Below, one piece after another: positions 1 to 8,863 of a stretch of DNA of 58,481 nt. Where the stretch lies: IMG/VR virus record IMGVR_UViG_3300025132_000042, positions 1-58,481 of that record; one strand, 5' to 3'. Source of the stretch: a virus. Lineage: Duplodnaviria; Caudoviricetes. Each line of letters opens with the position of its first letter. Position 1 is the stretch's first letter. A program made the position numbers and the translations under genes. The notes beneath the pieces were generated by a model that worked only from the letters and a program-made list of their open reading frames with translations, had not been told where the DNA came from and searched no databases.

Positions 1-873
1 GTCATTTGCCCAAGCCGTGCCCAAACAAAATTGCCCACTACCACCTAAATTAATATGTGTCCACTGGTTTCCGTCGGTGATATCGGTACTGCTGACTGAG
101 AGTTCTCTATCGCTGGATGCATTGCTCATAACGTAGACACCATTACCACTACCATTTTTTCCGTAAGCAACATCGAGCGCGGCGCCGTTGCCCGGTAATC
201 TATCGTAAAATGTCCAAGATGTTCTATCGCTGTTCGCAGCATAACCAACATCTCCTGTTCCCGATGCTGGGCCTACGACCCAGTGCGAGGCGGCGCTGAC
301 TGATGGTGTGTAGCTGTCGGCGCCGAAGCCATCTGGGTATCTAGAGTCTCTAAAAAGATAGGAGGAGCCGTCACTAGACCAATCGCCTCCACCATTAGAA
401 CTCCATTCCAAGGTCACGCTTCCGGTTCCTGTATCGTTTGCTGAAATTAGCGTTATGGCATACCAGTAGCCGGCCTTTAAGGAGGTGTTACCGGAAGTTA
501 CAGTTGTTGATGAGTGTGTTCCACCATTTTCAACAATTGCATCTGAACGATCTAGAGAGGCAACAGCTAGCTCTGCGTTTTCATCGAGCCATAAAAAGGA
601 ACCGTCCTTTGAAGTCGTCCTAAACTGCCAATTGTCGGAGTCGGAGTCGGCTTTAAAATAACCGCGCCAAACATAGGTTCTTGTTGTCGGAATTGTGAAG
701 CTGTTTATCACGCTCGATATACCAGCAACCGTCGTTAGACGCACGGATGTTAACTCGGACGGGTCTGGTTGGTTACTACTGCCAGCATAAACTGAATAGG
801 CTCTAAATTGTAGGCCGGACCGGTCGGCCCATCTCGGCGGGAGGCCGGGTGGAGCTATGTACTTGTAAGCCAT
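1..873 (-). CDS. PA14-domain protein, probable tail fibre/receptor-binding protein (partial, runs off the left edge)
   Basis: Missing from the ORF track because it has no stop in the window. Manual translation from ATG at 873: MAYKYIAPPGLPPRW...YVWRGYFKADSDSDNWQFRTTSKDGSFLWLD...IVENGGTHS...LKAGYWYAITLISANDTGTGSVTLEW, a PA14-like pattern followed by G/S/W-rich beta sequence. Confidence 0.7.
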   Translation of the reverse strand, partial: MAYKYIAPPGLPPRWADRSGLQFRAYSVYAGSSNQPDPSELTSVRLTTVAGISSVINSFTIPTTRTYVWRGYFKADSDSDNWQFRTTSKDGSFLWLDENAELAVASLDRSDAIVENGGTHSSTTVTSGNTSLKAGYWYAITLISANDTGTGSVTLEWSSNGGGDWSSDGSSYLFRDSRYPDGFGADSYTPSVSAASHWVVGPASGTGDVGYAANSDRTSWTFYDRLPGNGAALDVAYGKNGSGNGVYVMSNASSDRELSVSSTDITDGNQWTHINLGGSGQFCLGTAWAND

Positions 874-875
874 TT

Positions 876-1214
876 TTAACCTCCATCATATATAGTCTGT
901 TCGCCATCTTCAAAAGTAATAATTGTCTTGTTTGATGGATGAGGTTTTACATGAACCTTTAAAAAGTCTTCTAAAGAATCAAATATTGCAATACCGCCGC
1001 GCGGTGGGGGGTAAAGCCAGTGGACGATACAGTGTCCAGAGGCCAATTCTACTCCTTCGATGACGACTCCCTCACCGCTCACGCCGGTTTCATCAACCTG
1101 TCGACACACAGTAAAGGTCCGTATTCCACGGGGCGCGAGACGAGGTGGTGGTTTAGGCTTTAGGTCATCGGCCTCTTCGGATTGCACCATCTCTGTAATT
1201 TCGTCGTTACTCAT
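876..1214 (-). CDS. hypothetical protein (112 aa)
   Basis: ORF preceded by AAGGAG, overlaps upstream gene; no recognised family. Confidence 0.7.
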   Translation of the reverse strand: MSNDEITEMVQSEEADDLKPKPPPRLAPRGIRTFTVCRQVDETGVSGEGVVIEGVELASGHCIVHWLYPPPRGGIAIFDSLEDFLKVHVKPHPSNKTIITFEDGEQTIYDGG

Positions 1215-1425
1215 TTAATTCTCCTTGGGTTGTATACATCAATAAATCAGTTAACTCAGTTTGAACATTTTCAATTTCAGTCACTTCTTTAAGATTATTA
1301 CCTCTTTCAAGACTTTTCTTTATGTGTTCAATTTTAATGCCCATCTCAGCTAATTTATTTTCAATAGTTTTAATTTTATGAGTTATGTCATTATAACATT
1401 CTTTGTTTGGTTTCTTAAGTGTCAT
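1207..1425 (-). CDS. hypothetical coiled-coil protein (72 aa)
   Basis: ORF fills the gap on the coding strand, preceded by an ACTAATTAA motif. Confidence 0.55.
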   Translation of the reverse strand: MTLKKPNKECYNDITHKIKTIENKLAEMGIKIEHIKKSLERGNNLKEVTEIENVQTELTDLLMYTTQGELNE

Positions 1426-1450
1426 TTTAATAAAGTCTGCCTAATCTTAT

Positions 1451-1459
1451 TTAATTAGT
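1451..1459 (-). promoter_or_regulatory. putative late promoter motif ACTAATTAA
   Basis: Intergenic match to the recurrent ACTAHTTAW motif. Confidence 0.45.
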
Positions 1460-1479
1460 AGGTAAACTTCCCATTCATG

Positions 1480-2259
1480 TTATTGGTTGTTTAAAAAGAG
1501 AAAGCTCCAATCTACACGATAGCTTGGCACAACAAAGATAATGTTTTCCAAAACTTGAACACCAAACTCGGTGGCTCCAACGTCTATTGCGACTATATAT
1601 CCTATAAATTTTCCATTCTCGGAGAAGATCCCTGATCCGGAAGAACCCGACCAAGCATAAGAGTCTAAATAAATATACTCATCGGTTGTGAAGCCGGCGA
1701 TATTGCCCGAAAAACTTAGGGGGCCGGCCGTGTTGGGAAAACCCGTGTAGTAAACCTTTGTCATGACCGACAGGTTTTTTTTCCACTGTTTTCCACGGGG
1801 TATATCTCTCAAAACCCTGATTGGTTTGCGATTTAGAATTTGTTGATCTAACTTAATCACAGCATAGTCGTTGTACGAATCTAAAACTACAAATTTGCCA
1901 CAATCTATAAATTCTCCCTCGACTAATATTTTAGTATTCTCGCAGTCGCTTATGATCCCATGTTTCACTGTTAGGATATAGTTTTTTTTAAATGCGGTTA
2001 TGTATGTTCCCGTGGATGTTGCTATATTTCCTGTGTCTGGATTTATAGACAACACCCTCACCGTGCTTTGGCGAGACTTTTTAACAACAAGTCGTTGGCT
2101 AATCGCAAGACCCTTATTTATGTTGTCAAGAGCTGTTATTTCTCGGTGATTGGGTAGCTGGTAAGACTTGTACACGCTATACACGCCCAACATTGAGATC
2201 AGGAGCATCGCTGCCGTCAGAGGTATTGCAACTTTTAGTAATTTTAAAAATTTAATCAA
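1480..2259 (-). CDS. trypsin-like serine protease with N-terminal membrane anchor
   Basis: LTVKHG (His), NDYAVI (Asp), GSSGSGIF (Ser) triad motifs; hydrophobic N-terminus. Confidence 0.8.
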   Translation of the reverse strand: MIKFLKLLKVAIPLTAAMLLISMLGVYSVYKSYQLPNHREITALDNINKGLAISQRLVVKKSRQSTVRVLSINPDTGNIATSTGTYITAFKKNYILTVKHGIISDCENTKILVEGEFIDCGKFVVLDSYNDYAVIKLDQQILNRKPIRVLRDIPRGKQWKKNLSVMTKVYYTGFPNTAGPLSFSGNIAGFTTDEYIYLDSYAWSGSSGSGIFSENGKFIGYIVAIDVGATEFGVQVLENIIFVVPSYRVDWSFLFLNNQ

Positions 2260-2276
2260 GGTTGGCCCCGTAGTAA

Positions 2277-5200
2277 CTAGGCCTGCATCGCAAAATTATA
2301 TACTACGGGTATTTCTTCGAGCCCAGATTTATGGGCGAACCAGACAATATCCTCATTTTTTAACGATATATTCCCTCGGCGATCGATCGTCACATACACT
2401 GGCTCAGTGGCTCCATTTTTAATAAAGTGTTGATATTTGCCGTCAAAGGCATCTTTGGGGGCTCTATATTCTCTAGCGCAATAGGGCCACAACTCTTCTG
2501 TGGGCATCATGACGTGGTACCCCATAGAATTCGTTGTCATTACGGTGTCATAAGCCCTGACACCACCATTGACCCATTCATCTCTGACATCCCCAAGAGA
2601 TGCCCGAGGCGTAACCATCGGCTCCTGTTTACCCCTTAGCGATGCCATGTTATATACGTTTCCACCAAAGCCGCCGCTATACTCTTTGAGTGAACCAACT
2701 TCTTGTGGGGCGCTGTATCCGGCTTTGCCGATCTTTACGCCATTAACATTTCGCAAATAGGGTACAAGGACATTTTGCAAATACATCTTTCTGGAGCCTT
2801 GACCTTGTAATGCAAACTTTAATCTAAAAATGGCGCTCGTCCCCTCGATGCCAACGCGGGTGCTTATTGTTCCTAAAGTGGTGACACCCTCGCAGGCTCG
2901 AATGGTGTCTTTGTAATCTTCGATTGTTGATTGCGATGACGTGTCTAGCAATAGATCAATTTCCATTACGTATCTCCTAACGTCAACAAGTTCGTCGAGC
3001 ATATGTGATTGCTCCAATAACATTCTATCAATCCTGTCGATTTGTTCTTCAACACTTTCACGTACATCATCGGAGTAAGCATCAAAGTATGATGATTCGC
3101 CTGCTGGTGCGCCGGCTGGTCTTGGCGCTCCCATCCTACCCCTGATAGGGTCTTGCTTACGTGAGTCCACTTGTGAGCTTGTAGCGCCCATCTTTACAAG
3201 TTGTGTGCGAACCTCTTGATCAAAGTAATCAGGCTTGCCGGCATCGTCGCCGTCTGTCTGGATTGGGCCAATGCGAGCGATTTGCTGGTTGACGATTGGA
3301 CGTAGGTATTTGTAATAAGACACATACTTTTCAATCTCATCCATCTGCTCAAAGTTTTGGTTGATCCATGTAGCAATCATCATTCCTTTCATCGCTAAAT
3401 GGTTGGCCTCTACCTGTGCGCCCATCATACTCTCAATGCGCCTAATCTGAGCGTACGGCTGGCGGCCCGTTGAAATGTCATCCTTCCGAGCTTCTGCAAG
3501 TGCCAGTATACCACTCACCGCCTCTTCGATTGTTTTTTGCGCTGCTTGATTCATCATCTCGGGATTCTCGTTAAAAAAGTCCAAGATATCTTGTGTCGCT
3601 TGGATCTCCCCTTCGGACGTTCGGGAATTCATCCTAATTTTGTACAACCAATCGATTGGTTGCGTCGGGTATCTGCTGTTCTGTCCGACTGCGCTGTTGG
3701 TTCCTTGGATAATAAAGTGTGAGTCCTTAGCTAAAATTATTCTCGCAGCTTTCGCAGCATACTCAGGACCAAACCCCATTTGTTGTTGGTCGGGATTTTC
3801 TTGCTTGGCGCTATAAAGTTTCTCTAAGTTTCTCGCCATGTTGCGGTTTAAATCCACGTTCTCTAATCTAGGTGGATTCTTGTTGGTCATTGGGCTACCA
3901 AAGATTCTGCTGTATAGTTCACCTATATGCCTATCATAATCTTGCCCGTACATTTGAATCACTTGTGGGATTTGTCCGGCGTTGTTGATCACATTCTTCG
4001 TAGCACGGCCACCGATACTTGACCACGAAATCTCAAGCATTGCGCCCGAAGAATAAACGGACCAGTGTCGAAATGTTTTATCTTGCAGGCCCAATCGGGT
4101 CCTGTCATAGGGGGTCTTAAATGCATACTCGGCGTTTACCAATTCCGCCCTAAGTTCTTCGCGCATTTCGGTGTACTTTTCTTCATCCTCAAATTTTAAA
4201 AGTTCCCTAGTTTCATACCCAAACTCATCATCAACCTGATCTGGATTCGCGATGGCGAGCGTTTGGTCAGAACGTATGCTGACAAATAGGTGCGCGGTCT
4301 GTGGGATATCGACCATCGGGTCTTCGTCATCCGCCACAGCGCCCTGTGCCATTCTAACCTCGTAGCTAGATTCGTAATCATCACCGGGCATATCTTCTGC
4401 GATGTTGTCTATTCCGACTTCTTCTTCAAATCGGCCGGCGAGTGTTGTGTACGAATCTTCTGGGATTCCGTCATAGTTGTCGTCTGCCACATCTGAGTCT
4501 GCTTCGATGGCCGGGTATAGCAAGTCACCTTGTCTCACAATGCCGGGCCAACCTAAATTGATTGTAATGTCAAAGTTGTAGGAGGCGTAGACCCTAGCGT
4601 AGTCACCTTCGCCATAACCGTAGCCCTCGGGGTCTTCAACCGTAGCTTCTACTGATGTGAAATCTCCACGATAATCGCCAATAATATTGTTGAGCGCCTG
4701 TCGTATGCCGTCGGTGTCGGGGCCTGACATGGAAAATTCTACTGCGGGATTCTCTTCGCTGAGAAATTCTGTCATTCGCTCGAAACCCTCGACATCGTTT
4801 GAGTGCTCGCCGGTTTCGGCCACCTGTTCAACCTTCTGGTTCTTGATAAACCAGTCAATTTTGTCCCAGTATTTGTCATCCGGGGCATCATTAGCATAAC
4901 CTTTAATCTGGTATAGTATGCGTTCTGACGCGTTCCACGACATCGTAACTGACGAGTCGGATGTTCCCAGTCGCCGGCGATCTGAGACAGAAAGTTCAGC
5001 TTCTTCTTCTTCAGACATGGCTTTGCGTAACGACATGAGAGTGCCGCGATCATCGCCTCCGCAATGTCCCATTCGTTCGGCTTCGACGGCACAGCTATGT
5101 GTTTCAAGATCGTACCAGTAAAACCCGTCTTCAAATTGGTGCAGCACCTGATCGGGAGATTCGCTGCCTTCTAAATCTTCCTTAGCTATATTGTAGGCTT

Positions 5201-5870
5201 CATCGATGTTGTCTTCGCCCGCGATCATTTCATAGTTAGTAGCCTCATCGTCTAGCCAAGCAAACAATAGATCGTATTGGTTCCACCAATCCCGGAACTT
5301 GTACATGTTGATGCGGGCTAACTCATTTTTGACTACCTCTACTTTCTCGGAGGCCACTCCGGCCTTACTTAGAGCCTTAACAGCTTTCATAAAAACTTTA
5401 CGCCAAGTACCAGCTGGTTTGCCAAAAGCGTTCCTTACATTAAGGGTGATAAGGACAATGCGTTCGTTTTGTTTGACCGTTTCTTCGTCATACATCTTGC
5501 GCACGACTGGCTTGCCATCGACACCACCAACGTAATACGGAGTCATGGTTCTGGCGATAATCGGGCTTTTACCTACGTTCGCTCTTGCTTCTTGGTCGTT
5601 TTCATCCGAGGGCGCTTGAACTTGAACTTGGTCTTTAAAATTACGTTCAATGAAATTCTCCCAAGAATGCGCGGCTATCCTCTGTGACCCATAGGTCAGC
5701 GTGCGTTCTTTCCACCTATTGCCCACGTATGTTTTTGACTTCTCGGGAGCATTTGGCATGCCGTCTTCAATAAAGTCGACAATATCTTCAGGGAGACCAA
5801 TATCTCGCAAGCCCTCTGTTAAAACTTCTTCTCGAAGATAATCGAACCAACTGCCTGTAGAAATATCCAT
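2277..5870 (-). CDS. large acidic multidomain protein (PcfJ-like segment; degenerate ParB-like C-terminus), possibly virion-internal
   Basis: 1197 aa ORF; EAERMGHCGG...QIKGYAN resembles PcfJ-like domains; C-terminal IKNGATEPVYV...GLEEIPVV resembles ParBc; late motif upstream. Confidence 0.55.
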   Translation of the reverse strand: MDISTGSWFDYLREEVLTEGLRDIGLPEDIVDFIEDGMPNAPEKSKTYVGNRWKERTLTYGSQRIAAHSWENFIERNFKDQVQVQAPSDENDQEARANVGKSPIIARTMTPYYVGGVDGKPVVRKMYDEETVKQNERIVLITLNVRNAFGKPAGTWRKVFMKAVKALSKAGVASEKVEVVKNELARINMYKFRDWWNQYDLLFAWLDDEATNYEMIAGEDNIDEAYNIAKEDLEGSESPDQVLHQFEDGFYWYDLETHSCAVEAERMGHCGGDDRGTLMSLRKAMSEEEEAELSVSDRRRLGTSDSSVTMSWNASERILYQIKGYANDAPDDKYWDKIDWFIKNQKVEQVAETGEHSNDVEGFERMTEFLSEENPAVEFSMSGPDTDGIRQALNNIIGDYRGDFTSVEATVEDPEGYGYGEGDYARVYASYNFDITINLGWPGIVRQGDLLYPAIEADSDVADDNYDGIPEDSYTTLAGRFEEEVGIDNIAEDMPGDDYESSYEVRMAQGAVADDEDPMVDIPQTAHLFVSIRSDQTLAIANPDQVDDEFGYETRELLKFEDEEKYTEMREELRAELVNAEYAFKTPYDRTRLGLQDKTFRHWSVYSSGAMLEISWSSIGGRATKNVINNAGQIPQVIQMYGQDYDRHIGELYSRIFGSPMTNKNPPRLENVDLNRNMARNLEKLYSAKQENPDQQQMGFGPEYAAKAARIILAKDSHFIIQGTNSAVGQNSRYPTQPIDWLYKIRMNSRTSEGEIQATQDILDFFNENPEMMNQAAQKTIEEAVSGILALAEARKDDISTGRQPYAQIRRIESMMGAQVEANHLAMKGMMIATWINQNFEQMDEIEKYVSYYKYLRPIVNQQIARIGPIQTDGDDAGKPDYFDQEVRTQLVKMGATSSQVDSRKQDPIRGRMGAPRPAGAPAGESSYFDAYSDDVRESVEEQIDRIDRMLLEQSHMLDELVDVRRYVMEIDLLLDTSSQSTIEDYKDTIRACEGVTTLGTISTRVGIEGTSAIFRLKFALQGQGSRKMYLQNVLVPYLRNVNGVKIGKAGYSAPQEVGSLKEYSGGFGGNVYNMASLRGKQEPMVTPRASLGDVRDEWVNGGVRAYDTVMTTNSMGYHVMMPTEELWPYCAREYRAPKDAFDGKYQHFIKNGATEPVYVTIDRRGNISLKNEDIVWFAHKSGLEEIPVVYNFAMQA

Positions 5871-5888
5871 TATTTAAACTCCATCACT

Positions 5889-5897
5889 ATAAATAGT
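5889..5897 (-). promoter_or_regulatory. putative late promoter motif ACTATTTAT
   Basis: Intergenic, about 19 nt upstream of the 5870 start. Confidence 0.6.
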
Positions 5898-5912
5898 TGT
5901 TTTTATCAGTAT

Positions 5913-6671
5913 CTACGCAAAAGCCTTGGTCTTTAATAGTTTCGCGGTATCTTCCCATTTTTCAACCTCGTATGCGGAGCCATTTGGGTGTTGTTCAAGA
6001 GCTACCGCTAGCGAATGATCATTGCCCGGAAAAGCTATTCTGTCCCCTACAAAAATCATCTCGTTTGATTCAAGGGCTTCGGCAAAATACTTTTCTATCA
6101 CTTGCGATTTATCATCACCTATTCTAAAAATATCTATACTTACGGCGCCACCAATAACAAAATCAATGCTGTCGTATTTTTGTTTTAGTTTTTCAACTAT
6201 CTTGGCTCGTTCGGCGTGTTCTAGATCATAATTTTCATATTGATGCCTTTCTTCTTTGTTGGCGTTTCGGCCAACAATTGAAAAGTTTACCATACCTATT
6301 CTTTCTTCATAATGATTACCAGTTTTAACGTAGTACTCTGATTCTTCAACCATTTGGCACAAGTCTTTATACAAGCCGCGCGGGGGTTTAAACTTATTCT
6401 CGTATACTATTTCCCAATCATCTGATCCGGTGGGATTTATACTTTCTATTGGTCTGTAAAATATGTTACCCATGCAAGCGAATACACCTTGTGTTTTGTT
6501 GATGACGTCAGTACCAAGCTGGTCCATGATTCTAACAAACGAGCCTCCCGAAACAATGTATACCTCTCGGTCTTCCATCCATACTAAAAGTTGTTTTCTA
6601 AACTTTTCATCTATTCTAGATTTAGCCGGCGTCAGGGTGCCATCGACGTCAAAAAGATATATTTTACTCAC
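5913..6671 (-). CDS. HAD-superfamily phosphomannomutase (PMM, eukaryotic-type family)
   Basis: FDVDGTLTP motif I, ERIGMVNFSIVGRNA, IGGAVSIDIF, FVGD...GND. Confidence 0.85.
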   Translation of the reverse strand: MSKIYLFDVDGTLTPAKSRIDEKFRKQLLVWMEDREVYIVSGGSFVRIMDQLGTDVINKTQGVFACMGNIFYRPIESINPTGSDDWEIVYENKFKPPRGLYKDLCQMVEESEYYVKTGNHYEERIGMVNFSIVGRNANKEERHQYENYDLEHAERAKIVEKLKQKYDSIDFVIGGAVSIDIFRIGDDKSQVIEKYFAEALESNEMIFVGDRIAFPGNDHSLAVALEQHPNGSAYEVEKWEDTAKLLKTKAFA

Positions 6672-7025
6672 TTATTGCCTCCAAAATAATTGAACTCCAA
6701 TTATCAAAAATGATAAAAATACGCAAGTCATAGTTTTCGCAGTAAACATGCTTTCATTCAAAAAATACCACGTCAGAATCGGGAACGTAAGATACGACAT
6801 GCAAAAAATCATAAATCGGGGGCCCCATACCTCTCCCCACTCCTCATAACAAAGCTTTATGCCATACCAAAAACATATACCAGTGGGAACCGAGTATAGG
6901 ACTGCCGACAATATTGGCTTATCTTTCCACCAGTCCCACACAAATTGGGAGTTTAGCTGAAACCAGCCCAAAGTTTGCCCCAGAGCAAAAAGGAGGCACG
7001 CAAATATTATATTAAAAGTTGGCAA
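6672..7025 (-). CDS. small 4-TM membrane protein (DMT/EamA-like)
   Basis: Four hydrophobic segments; YFLNESMFTAKTMTCVFL resembles the DMT C-terminus. Confidence 0.55.
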   Translation of the reverse strand: MPTFNIIFACLLFALGQTLGWFQLNSQFVWDWWKDKPILSAVLYSVPTGICFWYGIKLCYEEWGEVWGPRFMIFCMSYLTFPILTWYFLNESMFTAKTMTCVFLSFLIIGVQLFWRQ

Positions 7026-7800
7026 TTATCATATCCTCGCTTTGTTTTATATCCGTTGTTGGTAGACCATACTTGTTGACCATTGTTATGTTATAGTCGG
7101 AGTACATTCGCCTTACTGAACCGTTATTCTTATATACCACTATCCACTTAATGTCTTTAACCCCATTAAGGAATTCAAACGTTTTTTTATGGTTAAAATA
7201 CTCCATGTCATAACCTTTTGGGTTTACGTCTGCGTAATAATCATGTACGTATCTTCTCATTGTCAGCATCAAATATCCATTTTTGTGACTTCTGACTTCT
7301 TCGACTGTTTTTTCCAACAAGCTCTGGGTGTCCTCGACCTGATGATACACTACATCAAATGGAATTTTTTCTAGGCGCATTTTTGAGAGTTGCGTGATAT
7401 AGTGAAAATCAAATTTTTCTTCGCTTAACTCGCCGGCGGAGGCCATATTTATACTAGAATGGCGGTTTAATAAAAATGTCAATGCGGCCCTCTGATCAGT
7501 GCCGTCAAACCAAGGCCAGTCCTCTTGATAACACTTAAACATAAAAGGTGTCGGGATAGGCGCTAAATCTAAAGCAATCTGAGCCACACTTTTTGGGTGA
7601 TGTCTGACCGCCTTCCAAAATTCATATATAAGCCAATTGGATGAGTGACCAAAAACCATCCTCCTATCAGAGGCTAGCTTTAGTTCTAGTTCGCCTGCGT
7701 ACAAGCCAACTGAATGGATGAACGAGTCTGGAGGTATCTTCTTTTTTATCTCTGATAGTGAGTTAAATACCGAAACATATTCTTTTAGTGGGCTGCGCAA
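7012..7800 (-). CDS. Dam (D12 class)-like DNA adenine methyltransferase homologue, catalytic motifs degenerate
   Basis: N-terminal MRSPLK..., LIYEFWKAV, RAALTFLLNR and F.H..F...L...KWIV.Y match the Dam layout; no DPPY or FxGGG. Confidence 0.5.
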   Translation of the reverse strand: MRSPLKEYVSVFNSLSEIKKKIPPDSFIHSVGLYAGELELKLASDRRMVFGHSSNWLIYEFWKAVRHHPKSVAQIALDLAPIPTPFMFKCYQEDWPWFDGTDQRAALTFLLNRHSSINMASAGELSEEKFDFHYITQLSKMRLEKIPFDVVYHQVEDTQSLLEKTVEEVRSHKNGYLMLTMRRYVHDYYADVNPKGYDMEYFNHKKTFEFLNGVKDIKWIVVYKNNGSVRRMYSDYNITMVNKYGLPTTDIKQSEDMIIANF

Positions 7801-7802
7801 CT

Positions 7803-8363
7803 TTAATCTCCACTTTCAGGATTCTCTTTCATTTGATTAAATTTTTCGTTCAAACTTTCTTGCGTAAAGCCGCGAAATTTGCTCAGTTCTTCATCATCTA
7901 GAGTAGTAATCTTGTTAACAAGTCTTTCAAAAGCGTCTATGTTCTGTGTCATTTCAGACGCGATGTTTCTTGAGTGCGTATCTAGGGGTTGATCCTCAAA
8001 CTCGTGTTCGTACATTTCTGGAGTAGCCTCTGCTTCGTTGGGGCGCGCGTAGTTGTTGGACATTTCAGTTGGAGCGTTCGCTGCAGCCATTTGGGCTTCG
8101 AGTTGATAGTTTACGTAGCCACCTATTATATTCACTGCATCTCCCAAATTAAAATCTATGTCTGCGAGTCTTTGCCTGATCAGTGTCAGGTTGGCCGTTG
8201 TTTCTGAAGTAAACAAAGTGTTTTCTTTCTTAAAATCGCTACTCAGTGAGCTTAATTTATCTGCCGTGTCTGTGAGTTTTTTAACCGAGTTGTCGATTAA
8301 TCTCAACATCTCACTCTCAAATTCATCAGACTCAACTGAATATTGTATACTTATTCTTGACAT
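7803..8363 (-). CDS. hypothetical helical protein (186 aa)
   Basis: ORF with GAGG RBS. Confidence 0.7.
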   Translation of the reverse strand: MSRISIQYSVESDEFESEMLRLIDNSVKKLTDTADKLSSLSSDFKKENTLFTSETTANLTLIRQRLADIDFNLGDAVNIIGGYVNYQLEAQMAAANAPTEMSNNYARPNEAEATPEMYEHEFEDQPLDTHSRNIASEMTQNIDAFERLVNKITTLDDEELSKFRGFTQESLNEKFNQMKENPESGD

Positions 8364-8364
8364 A

Positions 8365-8658
8365 TTATCCTCTTATTAATCCTTTTTTGTTATTTAATGA
8401 GCTTTCAATTACATGGGGAGCACCGACAACAACAATTTCTGTACCTGTCTGACCCCTGTTGATTGTCAGCTTAGTAAACTTATGGGCAGGGTCTAAGTTT
8501 TCTGCCAGCAAGCCTTGCTCGTTTAGTTGTTGCATCCTCGCTTCTTCTCTTATCATTACTACATGCTCGGGATTCACAAATACCTCGCGCAAGGTGTAGT
8601 CTTGTTTTGTTGTGAGGGCACTGTTGTGGCAAACCTCGGTTAATTTAACTAGCGGCAC
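8365..8658 (-). CDS. hypothetical protein (weak FlbD-like pattern)
   Basis: Likely GTG start at 8658 behind GGAGG; VKLTE...VFVNPEHVVMIRE. Confidence 0.55.
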   Translation of the reverse strand: MPLVKLTEVCHNSALTTKQDYTLREVFVNPEHVVMIREEARMQQLNEQGLLAENLDPAHKFTKLTINRGQTGTEIVVVGAPHVIESSLNNKKGLIRG

Positions 8659-8863
8659 TCTGGCCTCCAATAGGGTAAACGTCCCTTCTTTTAAGTTTCC
8701 ACTCGTGGCCATTGGCATAAACTTGATAAATATGTTGGCTCATTTTATTCAAGTAAACGCCAACAGTTGGCCTTTCAGTCATCCGCAATCTCATTCCTTT
8801 TTCTGTCTCGCACCACAATTCAACTCCCTGCGGAATGTGTACTAAATCACCTTGCTGCATCAC
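8645..8863 (-). CDS. hypothetical small beta protein (72 aa)
   Basis: Start overlaps the groEL stop; QGDLVHI suggests an SH3/KOW-like fold. Confidence 0.6.
   Translation of the reverse strand: MMQQGDLVHIPQGVELWCETEKGMRLRMTERPTVGVYLNKMSQHIYQVYANGHEWKLKRRDVYPIGGQSAAS

Noticed and set aside
634-650. GTCGGA tandem repeat
   Set aside because: Simply encodes DSDSD inside the PA14-like ORF
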